IMG/VR virus record: IMGVR_UViG_3300034105_003891
Coordinates: 2,593-66,592 of that record
Strand: one strand, 5' to 3'
Length of the DNA: 64,000 bases
Source: a virus
Translations under genes and position numbers: made by a program
Notes under the pieces: model-generated
Told to the model about the DNA's origin: nothing
Seen by the model: only the letters and a program-made list of their open reading frames with translations
The model's database searches: none
Part shown: piece by piece, positions 23,277-32,466 of the stretch
Numbering within the stretch: the stretch's first letter is position 1
How the letters are laid out: the number at the start of each line of letters is the position of its first letter

Positions 23277-24419
23277 GTAAAGGTTAAGCCGTCACAAGAA
23301 AGCCCAAGATCACTTGGGCTTTCTTGTGCGTAAGGGCGGAATCAGAATCGGGAAACACATGCACACCGCCGGCATCGGTGTGCATGAGGAAGAGAGAAGA
23401 AGATAACAAAGATAACGAAAGATGCATGAAGATATAAATGATAGAGGAAGAAGATTCACATGCACACCGAGGATTAAACTTTAACGTTTACATTCGTGAT
23501 TTATCAATATAGATTTCTTATATTTGCATGTAATTAAAACCAAAGCAAAATGAAAATAGATTCAAGGGATTTTAAACCATATGTAATAAAATATGTAATA
23601 GCATTACTTCTATTTGTTATTATACTAGTAACAGCAAGTTGTAGCAGCAACCAATGCTTTCATAAATCAAGCACCTGGACACACAATAGCAGACGAGTTT
23701 AAATATAAATAATAAGCGCTATGAATTATATCAAACAAAGATTAGCTTATGCATGGGAACACCGTGAGACCATAGTAGGACTTCTAATACTCCTAACAAT
23801 TATAATCTGTGAAATTACATTATTAGTAGTTGTGATAGGAGAATCACTGTAGTGTCACGGTGTACACCATAGGCATAGACATATAACAATAGACACATAA
23901 GCATGTTTTAATTACACCGAACTGCCCGAAAAGAGGCTCAGAGTGATCTGGGCCCTTTTTGTGGAGTGCCCTTAAATTTTCATTATTGCGATCGGGACAC
24001 CTTGGGCCTCGGTGGTCCGATGTAAAGAGTGTCTTCTTTAATGCTTAAGCCATGGCCCGAGGTGTAATAAGGCAAATAAGGCAAAATGCCTGCATTTGCA
24101 TGTTTCCCCTGACCGAGGTGTTATCCCTTTACAAATCAAAAAATATTATGATTTGTTTTTCATAGGCACCGTGAAATCTGGTCCCCCTCCAAATAAATGG
24201 AGGGGGGTCAAAACGGGGTCCCTCGTAGGGGCTATAAAGCCCCCTCGTATAGAGTGGTTATGCAGGGCCTGGAATCGCTTATTAGGGGACCCTTATTTTG
24301 GAGAAAGGCGGGTTATACTCAGTAAGGGACCCCAATTTGGGAGGGGATTCTGAGGGGGCCTCGCGTGTGGCATAGTTAGCACACCCGGGGAACGCTTTCT
24401 AGCGGTTTGTCTAACAAGG

Positions 24420-24454
24420 GTCTATTGTCTATTGGCTATTGTCTATTGTCTATA
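24420..24454. repeat. Five tandem 7-mers G(T/G)CTAT(T/A)
   Basis: GTCTATT GTCTATT GGCTATT GTCTATT GTCTATA; related TTGDCTAWT at 24461, 24492, 24530. Confidence 0.85.
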
Positions 24455-24729
24455 AATAGTTTGACTAATAAGAGCTCTATGTCCATATGCTTTGGCTAAT
24501 AAGATACCAGAGTGTATGACATATTAATTTTGACTATTAGGAGTCAATGGTCAAATGGATGGAGGGGGATGTCGATTTGTGTCTCTCTTAGATGACTCCT
24601 ATCCCTAGTGCATTTGGGTTTCTTTGCGAGACCTGTTCAAATTTTTTTGCGTGCTGATTTTTTGGGAGTGCCCCTGGAGTGATCATCAGGATGTTCCGTC
24701 TGAATAGTAAACTTTTGAGTTACCTAGTA

Positions 24730-26535
24730 TTACTTTGTTAGATTGGTACATTCAGCATCAGTTAAAGCAGTTTTATATATTTGCATTCCTTTACATTTGC
24801 CATAAAATGGATTTCCTCCCCAATATAGTTTAAAATCAATTCTATTTAATGCAGTAGGTATTCCTGTACCAGTGCCAACTGCCAAAAGTGGAGTATATTT
24901 AGTACCATCAACATACATAGATATTCCACTTGTTCCTCCGCTACCACTCCATTTTATTAAACACTTATGCAAAGTAGTTGTATTCGCAACAGTAACTGTA
25001 CTCCTATAATTAGCAGTTGTTCCAACTCCAGTTTGACCATAAGTATCTAATCTAATTATATTACTTACATTTGAAAATTGAATTGAAATACTATTATAAT
25101 CTGTACCATCACTTAATGATATTATTCTTGATGTTAAATCGTTTGATAAAGCTGATATTTCAACATAAAATGTACCCTCTGATGGATTTAATATATCTGT
25201 TGAAACTCCTGTTTTTGTAATATCATCTAAATTCCTTGTAACTGTACTTGTTGTTGTTGGAATATATGATGTAGCATAAGAACCTTCTTCAAGTTGTGGC
25301 ATTGACAAAGTAATATCTCCAGTAACATTACCACTACTTCCAGCACCTACTCTAACAGAGAAAATATCTGCTAATGTACAAGTAAATTGTAATGAATAAG
25401 TATTTCCAGCTTCTATATTTGTAATGCCATTAATTACAACATTGTTTTTTAAAAATACAGATATTCCTGTTCCTGTTCCTGCTGATAAACGTAACATATT
25501 ATTTACAGTAATTGCTGTAGTAATGCTTTCTACATAAACGCTTAAACAAGTTACACTATTTAAAACAAGTGAAATATTTTGAGAAAACTCTATACGTTGT
25601 GTTGATGCTACAAACCTATATGCAGTTACGTTAGGGTTTTTAATACTTGTTACGGGAGTAGCAGTTCCCGTTGGCACACCACTAGACCAACTTGTAGGAA
25701 CAGAACCTCCACCTGCCCAAACACTATTTAAAAATAAATTAGTCCTCTGTGGTTCTAACAATATACTAGGACAACCTCCTGCTACATCATAGTTTAATCT
25801 AGGAACGTTTAATCTATCTGTTGTGTAGAAATAATCTTTTGGTACAGAACCTTGAACTAATTGTGCTCCCCAGATATAGGCATTACTTAATACCGTGTTT
25901 GAAGCTTCAAAACCAGCTATAGAAGTTAGGGTTGTTGGTGAAAAAACTAGAGAGACTTGTGTTATGTTTGATGCAAATGTAGTTGTTAGTATGATTCTGT
26001 ACCAACCATTACCTGCACTTATAATACTTGCTGATGTTAATGTATTTGTGCCTCCGTTTGCAGTTCCTATAATAGTTCCGTTTGATAAATTTACTAAAAC
26101 ATCTCCTCTATTTGGATAACTTCCTTGAATCCTAAATCCAAAATTTGTAGCAACAGTTCCTAATTTAGCATAAATTGTTGCCGTAAATGTATTTGATTTT
26201 GTGACAGAGTTTTTTGTAATTGTAGCAGCAGTACCAGTTGCGGTTCTTGATACTAAAGAGGCACTAATAGTTCCATTTGGAGCCGCTATTACATTAGCAG
26301 TTACGGTCATATTTGCTTTGAAATATAAAGCATTACTAAAATCTTCACTATAAGTAATTAAATTATAAGGACTATCTTCTATATACCCTAGTTCGTTAGT
26401 TAATGTGGCACTTGGAACTCCACCCCTAGTAAAATCCGCATCTCCATTACCGTTACTAGGTATAATGGAATAAACCTTACTTTCCTTAATAGCGTTTGGT
26501 GTCACCACCAAACTAGCTTGCTGTAATAAACTCAT
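24730..26535 (-). CDS. Virion fibre/spike protein, LamG/ConA-like
   Basis: LLEPQRTNL and QLEEGSYATSYIPT motifs; T/S/G-rich beta protein. Confidence 0.75.
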   Translation of the reverse strand: MSLLQQASLVVTPNAIKESKVYSIIPSNGNGDADFTRGGVPSATLTNELGYIEDSPYNLITYSEDFSNALYFKANMTVTANVIAAPNGTISASLVSRTATGTAATITKNSVTKSNTFTATIYAKLGTVATNFGFRIQGSYPNRGDVLVNLSNGTIIGTANGGTNTLTSASIISAGNGWYRIILTTTFASNITQVSLVFSPTTLTSIAGFEASNTVLSNAYIWGAQLVQGSVPKDYFYTTDRLNVPRLNYDVAGGCPSILLEPQRTNLFLNSVWAGGGSVPTSWSSGVPTGTATPVTSIKNPNVTAYRFVASTQRIEFSQNISLVLNSVTCLSVYVESITTAITVNNMLRLSAGTGTGISVFLKNNVVINGITNIEAGNTYSLQFTCTLADIFSVRVGAGSSGNVTGDITLSMPQLEEGSYATSYIPTTTSTVTRNLDDITKTGVSTDILNPSEGTFYVEISALSNDLTSRIISLSDGTDYNSISIQFSNVSNIIRLDTYGQTGVGTTANYRSTVTVANTTTLHKCLIKWSGSGGTSGISMYVDGTKYTPLLAVGTGTGIPTALNRIDFKLYWGGNPFYGKCKGMQIYKTALTDAECTNLTK

Positions 26536-26831
26536 TATATATTACTTAAATTTGTTAGTAGATCAATCAGACATTGTTGGCTTTGGAAAATCCCACCATT
26601 CGCAAGCACCCTTGTCTGGAAGTTATCCACCATCTCAGCGATATTAATTTGATTCGTCATTCCTGCAGGTCCACCTGCAGGTCCACCTGCGGAAAACCTC
26701 TCCACGTTTGCTAGTGCCTCTATGTGCATTGCCAGCTCTTGCTCCCTGATGAGCTGAAGACGCATTCTTTCCAGCTCCTCCTTGGGTATGCCTAGATGCT
26801 TAAATCTATCTTCTAATTGTGTCTTTCTCAT
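26535..26831 (-). CDS. Hypothetical protein
   Basis: Coupled to the fibre gene; GATATATA on minus strand upstream. Confidence 0.65.
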   Translation of the reverse strand: MRKTQLEDRFKHLGIPKEELERMRLQLIREQELAMHIEALANVERFSAGGPAGGPAGMTNQINIAEMVDNFQTRVLANGGIFQSQQCLIDLLTNLSNI

Positions 26832-26890
26832 TTGTGTTTCTTTTGTCCATTATATATCGACTCAGCAGATATATAAACCAAACAAAACTT

Positions 26891-27214
26891 ATGAAACACA
26901 TTCAGGTATTTGAAGCATTCGGCTGGGCCACATCAGGCACTGGCAGGCTCATCATCGTGGAAGGCATAGCACCTTTTGCTCCCAAGATCCAAGAGATCAT
27001 AGATGGCATGGAGGAGTCCGGAGAGTTGGTCATCGTGGACATGTCCACTTGCGATGTGGCAGAGATCGAAGACGCTGTGGCATCTGGAGCCAAAAAGATT
27101 CTCTTTGTGAACGGAGATGAGTGCGAGAGACCCATCAGATATGCTGTCATGGATTTGCATCCTGAGATCATCCCTGCTGATGCGATGACAGAAGAAGATC
27201 TAAAACACCAATAG
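26891..27214 (+). CDS. Hypothetical protein, MKH-type N-terminus
   Basis: Start re-assigned to MKHIQVFEAF after GATATATA. Confidence 0.7.
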   Translation: MKHIQVFEAFGWATSGTGRLIIVEGIAPFAPKIQEIIDGMEESGELVIVDMSTCDVAEIEDAVASGAKKILFVNGDECERPIRYAVMDLHPEIIPADAMTEEDLKHQ

Positions 27215-27216
27215 CC

Positions 27217-27897
27217 ATGAAACACATAGATGAATACGAGCTTTTCGAAGCTCTGGCACAACCCAACCAGGAAGCCATTAAGAGAAGGATAGCAGATAGA
27301 TTTGCTAGACTGGCACGACAAGCTGCTCAGACTCCCACTTCACCTGAGGAGAGGGCAAAGAAGTGGATCAAGACCAAATATGGCATTGATCTAGGAGCAT
27401 TCTTAGGGGAGCTCACTTCATTCATTACCAAAGCATCAAGTGAACAGATACCAAACATTTTACGAGGTGTTAAAGGAGACGAATTTGCTAGATACATTGA
27501 TGGCAAGGTGATCTCCATGCTAAAGGACACCACCAAGAAGGCTTTTACAACAGGAGGTGCTAAAGGCAAAGCTGGCATGATCCGTACTGCTTATCTGCTT
27601 GGAGGCAAGAAGGGACTTGTTAAGGATGCATTCAAGGGGTACAAAGCCAAGAAGCTTACTGAGGGAGGAACTGCTTTAATAGACACCCTCACTGGACTGA
27701 TCTATCGTTTGGGTACAGACGTGAGTCAAGGCACGAGACTTGACCCTGCTGGAAGCTCAGATGAACTTCCTGAGATGAAGGCGTACTCTGCTGCTATTAG
27801 AAAATGGGAGGATGAGTATGACTCTTACTTCTCCGATCGGGATAAGATCCTAATGACATACCTGGATGCTGTGGCAACTGCCGTCTGGGAGTCCTAG
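27217..27897 (+). CDS. Hypothetical protein, MKH-type N-terminus
   Basis: MKHIDEYELFE. Confidence 0.7.
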   Translation: MKHIDEYELFEALAQPNQEAIKRRIADRFARLARQAAQTPTSPEERAKKWIKTKYGIDLGAFLGELTSFITKASSEQIPNILRGVKGDEFARYIDGKVISMLKDTTKKAFTTGGAKGKAGMIRTAYLLGGKKGLVKDAFKGYKAKKLTEGGTALIDTLTGLIYRLGTDVSQGTRLDPAGSSDELPEMKAYSAAIRKWEDEYDSYFSDRDKILMTYLDAVATAVWES

Positions 27898-28244
27898 CGT
27901 TACGAGTGATACCCACCCCATCTCTAGATTAAATAGCCATCCCAACCCAAGGGCCCGGCCCCTAGAAAATCAATACAAAATGGGCTCAAGGCGCCTTTCC
28001 CTTGGTCTTCTTGGTGATATATATTGGTGATATATAAAATAAAAATCAAACCATGTCAAAATCAAAAAAGGTTGGTAAGAAAAAAGCCAACTCCGGCAAC
28101 CAAGCCAAGAGAAGACGACTCATTCAAGCTAATGAAGCCATTCTCTCTAAACTAAAGGGATAATTTAAGGGTTTCATTATGATGGTGGTGAAACCTCTTA
28201 TCAAGTTTATACTAGGACAAGTACACGTTATTAAAATAAAATTT

Positions 28245-28628
28245 ATGACAAAGAAAGATAGAGAAATTATTTTCAATAAGTATAACCGTAAATGTGCCTA
28301 CTGTGGCTGTGATTTACAAAAAGGTTGGCATGCTGACCATATAGAACCGATAGTGAGGGATTTTATTTATAATAAAGATAAACAAAGATTTGAATCAAAC
28401 GGAATTTGCAGAAATCCAGAAAATGAAACTTTATCTAATTATAATCCAAGCTGTGCAAGTTGCAACATCCAAAAAAACTCCTACACGTTAGAGCAATTTA
28501 GGGAAAATATAAAACAATTTATAAATTCTCTGAACCAATATTCAACACAGTATAAATTTGCTAAAAAATATGGATTGGTACAAGAAACCGGAGTTGATGT
28601 AAAATTCTATTTTGAAACTATAGGGTAA
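28245..28628 (+). CDS. HNH endonuclease
   Basis: CAYCG...ADHIEP...N..PSCASCN. Confidence 0.85.
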   Translation: MTKKDREIIFNKYNRKCAYCGCDLQKGWHADHIEPIVRDFIYNKDKQRFESNGICRNPENETLSNYNPSCASCNIQKNSYTLEQFRENIKQFINSLNQYSTQYKFAKKYGLVQETGVDVKFYFETIG

Positions 28629-28781
28629 TATTTACACTAGTATTTATATACGGAACGGAGATGTCAGGAGAGATAATTTAAAAAAGTTCACCATCAGTGT
28701 GAACTTTTTTTTGATCCTCACCTTCTTCCCGAGAATTTTTTATATATTTGTGCCTTAATAAACCCAACATTTAACCCGCAC

Positions 28782-29144
28782 ATGGCCGATGTAAAAACTA
28801 TTGAATTCATTTATTACGAGCATCTTGGCGTTCTTGTACCCGATGCGGAAAAACGTTTGGCTGATGGTGTTCGCTACTCAGTAAATTTTTTTGAGCGTGA
28901 CGGTAGTTTTCGTCCTTCCTTGTCGGGAATATTAAAGAGTGGAAAAATTGTACCCAGTGATATTGTTATTGCCAGTGGATCTACATATCTCCAATGTGTG
29001 ACATCCATAACAATGACACCAGTATGGATAAGAACGGATGCTGATGTAAAATTTTATATCAACAGGTACGACGAGGAAGGCATGGATATTATAGAGCGCA
29101 TCAGAATAAGCGAAAGCGAAAAGGAATGGGTGACAGTCAAGTAG
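28782..29144 (+). CDS. Hypothetical protein
   Basis: 120-aa ORF after TATATTTG promoter. Confidence 0.65.
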   Translation: MADVKTIEFIYYEHLGVLVPDAEKRLADGVRYSVNFFERDGSFRPSLSGILKSGKIVPSDIVIASGSTYLQCVTSITMTPVWIRTDADVKFYINRYDEEGMDIIERIRISESEKEWVTVK

Positions 29145-29195
29145 ATGCTGACAAATTGATGAGTGGGCCAGAATGGCGGGCAACGAAATGATTTT

Positions 29196-29951
29196 CTATT
29201 TCACATTCAACCAATCGAATTCATAGCATCTAAAAAGAGTAAAGAATTCAACGTCATTGAGTTCGGAGGGTATGGATCCACTACATCCTATAAACACACG
29301 AGTCGACGTAATGGACGTCATAAAGGGTAACCATTTATTTAATATGCTCTCTATGGCTCTCCTCCCCATGTGCTGGAAATCGTCAATGAAAAGCACATCT
29401 ATATTTCTACACAGATGTCTATCAGGTGACCAAGCTGATATTCTTGCTCCATTTTCAAATTTAACACTTTCTGCCTCCATGCTCACCACTCCTGGTTTCA
29501 TATAGAATGGAAGCTCCCTGTACATTTCAATGATTCCTTTTATGATATCTTTTGATCTTTCCATTTTGACACAGCATATAACAATATCAGCACATTTGAA
29601 TATAAGATCGTGCAGTGCCATAAATTGTATGGAAGAAGTTAATCCGGACTGCCTTTCTAAAAATACCGGATAAAATCTTTCAGTTCCGTGATCCATTAGG
29701 GTCTTCTCCTGATGCGAATTCAATATGGGATTGCATCTATTTCCACTCGGATAAACTATCCCATATTGATGTATAAAACTGACCGGATTTCTACTACATT
29801 CATACAACGTAACAATCTCCTGATCGGTAATGCTTATATTAATTCCTGATGCTCTTATACCAGCACGACCCCTATACAACAAAGAACTTATTGCAGGATC
29901 GTCGGTTGACTCCATCAGATCTATTTCCCTTTGCGCGTATATTTTTTCCAT
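29196..29951 (-). CDS. Degenerate T4 gp17-like terminase ATPase-domain paralog
   Basis: C..NPV.F...Y, HQ, RQSGLTS, LPFYMKPGV, FENGARI, LFIDDF; no nuclease domain. Confidence 0.7.
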   Translation of the reverse strand: MEKIYAQREIDLMESTDDPAISSLLYRGRAGIRASGINISITDQEIVTLYECSRNPVSFIHQYGIVYPSGNRCNPILNSHQEKTLMDHGTERFYPVFLERQSGLTSSIQFMALHDLIFKCADIVICCVKMERSKDIIKGIIEMYRELPFYMKPGVVSMEAESVKFENGARISAWSPDRHLCRNIDVLFIDDFQHMGRRAIESILNKWLPFMTSITSTRVFIGCSGSIPSELNDVEFFTLFRCYEFDWLNVK

Positions 29952-30020
29952 GCGGATATTATATAAAAATGCAGAGGTATGTTCCGGATATATAAGGTAT
30001 GAAAATAGGACAATGATAAT

Positions 30021-30593
30021 ATGAAAAATATAAAATACTTTAAACAACTCTTTGAGGGTTTCACGAATGATAATAAGATCAAAATTGTTTCCTTCGGAGA
30101 AAATGAATTCGAGGAATTCCAGAACTATTGTACCAATAATTCAATGAGCAATTGGGATATGCTTGGAAGATTTGTTTTTTCGAAGTATATTGGTAAATTT
30201 GGTAAATTTTATATTATAAATGATGCATTTCTTGTTCAGTGCGAAGGAGAAACTCCAGAGGATATAGTAATAACGAACGGTGCGGATGTAAATAATGCTC
30301 ATGTTTGGGATATCGACGCGATTGGGAAGATAGCTAAAAAAATTGGATGTCCCGAACCACTTTTGAGAATCTCCCTCATTGTTGCTAAAAAAATACCAGA
30401 ATTTTCAATCGATCCTGATCAAAATGTGGAATCAGCGGATGTGATGACACTTTTATGTGATTACTTCAAAAAGAATCCTCTCAAAATTTATACCCTAGAT
30501 AATTCGCCACAATTAAAAAGTGAGGTGATTAAGAGAACAGGAATTAGGGACTATGGAAAAATAGGTAGAGGACTAGATAATGGACTTATATAA
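30021..30593 (+). CDS. Hypothetical protein, MK-type N-terminus, C-terminus shared with next gene
   Basis: DYFKKNPL...TGIRDYGKIGRGLDNGLI. Confidence 0.7.
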   Translation: MKNIKYFKQLFEGFTNDNKIKIVSFGENEFEEFQNYCTNNSMSNWDMLGRFVFSKYIGKFGKFYIINDAFLVQCEGETPEDIVITNGADVNNAHVWDIDAIGKIAKKIGCPEPLLRISLIVAKKIPEFSIDPDQNVESADVMTLLCDYFKKNPLKIYTLDNSPQLKSEVIKRTGIRDYGKIGRGLDNGLI

Positions 30594-31366
30594 TGAAAAG
30601 AATTAAATCATTTTCCCAGCTATTTGAGAGCCAAATACAATTAAGGCCATCACGCTATTGGTTATTTGACACGTATATAGAGGAGAAAAATAAAATAGCT
30701 AGGTTCCTGGTATCCGGGGATTCAACCAGATCTATAACAAGAAAATTTCTAGAAACCCTCCTGCCTGAATATCTAGGCTTCGATTCGTTATACACTCTAT
30801 CATCGGATATTGCTCCTCCTGAGATAGATAACTATGATGCATTTAACGAGTGGGTTTATCAGAATGTTGAAGAATTATCAGCTAGTGTCGGAATTGATAA
30901 TATTTATATAAGCGGAAAAGAAATACTTAACGGAAAGGATTTCCCGGAATTTATTGGTGCCTGGGATAATGAGTGGTTTGATAAGACAACAGAGGAAGAA
31001 TACACAGAGATATCAGGAAATCCCGATTCGATTGCTTGGCTTCTATGGAATTATCTTAAGTACTCAAATGCTTTTGGCGATAATTACGGCGATAGAATAA
31101 TCGTGATTTTTGATTTGTTTAATAGTAAAGTTGGTGACACGCTAAAAATCAAAAATGGGGACCTAGCTATATGGGAAAAATATTCGGATATACTTAGATC
31201 ACTATTTAATTCTAATGAATCCGATCAAATATACGATTATTTCAAAGAAAATCCACTTGAGCTACATATGGTGCATGATCCACAATTGAAGGAAATGATC
31301 AGGGAGAAGACCGGTATAATGGACTTTGGTAAAATAGGAGGACTTTTAAAAAATGGCCTGATATAA
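30593..31366 (+). CDS. Hypothetical protein, paralogous C-terminus
   Basis: DYFKENPL...TGIMDFGKIGGLLKNGLI. Confidence 0.7.
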   Translation: MKRIKSFSQLFESQIQLRPSRYWLFDTYIEEKNKIARFLVSGDSTRSITRKFLETLLPEYLGFDSLYTLSSDIAPPEIDNYDAFNEWVYQNVEELSASVGIDNIYISGKEILNGKDFPEFIGAWDNEWFDKTTEEEYTEISGNPDSIAWLLWNYLKYSNAFGDNYGDRIIVIFDLFNSKVGDTLKIKNGDLAIWEKYSDILRSLFNSNESDQIYDYFKENPLELHMVHDPQLKEMIREKTGIMDFGKIGGLLKNGLI

Positions 31367-31764
31367 TGGATATCATTAAAAAATTATCTGAATTTTTAAA
31401 CGAAAATTCCACCGACGCACTTTCATTAAGAAGAGAAAGTGTCGATGGAACAGATTCTGCTGTTAGTCTCGGATGGATTCTTAATGGCAAGGAGATAGGT
31501 GAAATGCTAGTGGCTATAGAAAATGATAGAGCGTCCATAGTTCTATATAGCAGATATAAGCACATACAATCAATGCCAGGTATTGGTTACACATTTATAA
31601 AAATGTGCATTGATTCACTTCTGGAGGAGGGACTTGATGTTGTGTCAGGAGACACATCTAGAAATCCTGGATCCAATCTCGTCTGGGATAAATTGAAAAA
31701 AGATTATGATGTTCAGGATTCGATGCATCGGGGATCACCATGTAAAATAATATATTCAAAATAA
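31366..31764 (+). CDS. Possible GNAT-fold acetyltransferase
   Basis: PGIG motif-A-like segment and N.GS..VWDKL. Confidence 0.4.
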   Translation: MDIIKKLSEFLNENSTDALSLRRESVDGTDSAVSLGWILNGKEIGEMLVAIENDRASIVLYSRYKHIQSMPGIGYTFIKMCIDSLLEEGLDVVSGDTSRNPGSNLVWDKLKKDYDVQDSMHRGSPCKIIYSK

Positions 31765-32149
31765 AAATAGACTCAGTAGAGTTTATTTTTTTGTTTATTA
31801 TTTTTTTGTGTCGCATTTATTTAATATTTTTGCATCATGAAAGAATTAACAAAGAAAGCGATAACCGAAAAATTAATAAGTGACAGGTGTAGACTTGTTA
31901 AATTTATATACTGGAGACACTTTTCATTTATGGATATACTTGGTTATTGCGGAGCATATTTTATACCAGATAATAGATATGAACTTGAAAAATATGAACT
32001 TGATGGAGTTTTTATCACTGGCGAATTTAGAAGGGTCGATAATACAACATTTAGTGCAACCTTTGTATTAAATATAGAGGAGACCATAACCATTACCGAT
32101 GAAACAAGTGAGGTAAGATGGAAACATATATCCGGGTGATATATACAGC

Positions 32150-32464
32150 ATGAAAAATTTATTATTATTTGAGATGTTTTCCAATAAGAGAGAAATTGTT
32201 TTAACATCAAGGCAGAACAGAAATATCAACATCACCTTATTAGGAGGTCGTATCGACACGATTGATAATGAATCAGGGGTAAACTTCCCTTTCAGCGTAG
32301 GCCAGCAATACACACGATCTATTGAGGTGTGGGCATGCAATAACGGATTCAAAATGGATGGAAAAGATCCTTGTCCGGAGGAGAAGATATTTGGTATAAG
32401 AAAAAAAGATATACCATCCGGGCATGAACTTCGAATGTTATATCCAAGCAAATTTAAAAAATAA
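32150..32464 (+). CDS. Hypothetical protein, MKN-type N-terminus
   Basis: MKNLLLFEMF; GATATATA 4 nt upstream. Confidence 0.7.
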   Translation: MKNLLLFEMFSNKREIVLTSRQNRNINITLLGGRIDTIDNESGVNFPFSVGQQYTRSIEVWACNNGFKMDGKDPCPEEKIFGIRKKDIPSGHELRMLYPSKFKK

Positions 32465-32466
32465 AA

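Larger units (their letters stand above)
6877..23526 (+). promoter_or_regulatory. More than 20 Bacteroidota-type TAnnTTTG early promoters
   Basis: TATATTTG at e.g. 6877, 11853, 16861, 17552, 21285, 23519, typically followed by TAATTAAAA and an ATG; matches the Bacteroidota -7 consensus. Confidence 0.85.
11810..23526 (+). promoter_or_regulatory. Upstream box AACTTTAACG at fixed 32-nt distance from TAnnTTTG
   Basis: About 17 copies; 32-nt gap counted at 11820, 17519, 21252, 23486 and in the inverted copy at 22272-22321. Confidence 0.85.
6911..23850 (+). other. Early region of about 40 small co-directional ORFs, mostly hypothetical
   Basis: e.g. 7374, 9530, 10054, 10277, 11111, 11320, 11885, 12477, 13194, 14029, 14729, 15729, 16540, 17698, 17959, 18378, 18682, 19500, 19842, 21319, 22505; most sit just after a TAnnTTTG promoter. 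Confidence 0.8.
11715..24014. repeat. Dispersed 17-bp palindrome CACCG-NN-G-N-C-NN-CGGTG (10 perfect, 4 one-mismatch copies)
   Basis: 11715, 13059, 15633, 16327, 17400, 19337, 20504, 21152, 21994, 23364; variants 16755, 21072, 22118, 23998; all intergenic. Confidence 0.92.

Noticed and set aside
7057-24014. CRISPR array from the 24-bp or 17-bp repeats
   Set aside because: Spacing is irregular (up to several kb) with genes in between; no cas genes in the window
24096-24353. 85-aa ORF in the GC-rich block
   Set aside because: TTG start, no leader, composition set by G/C runs
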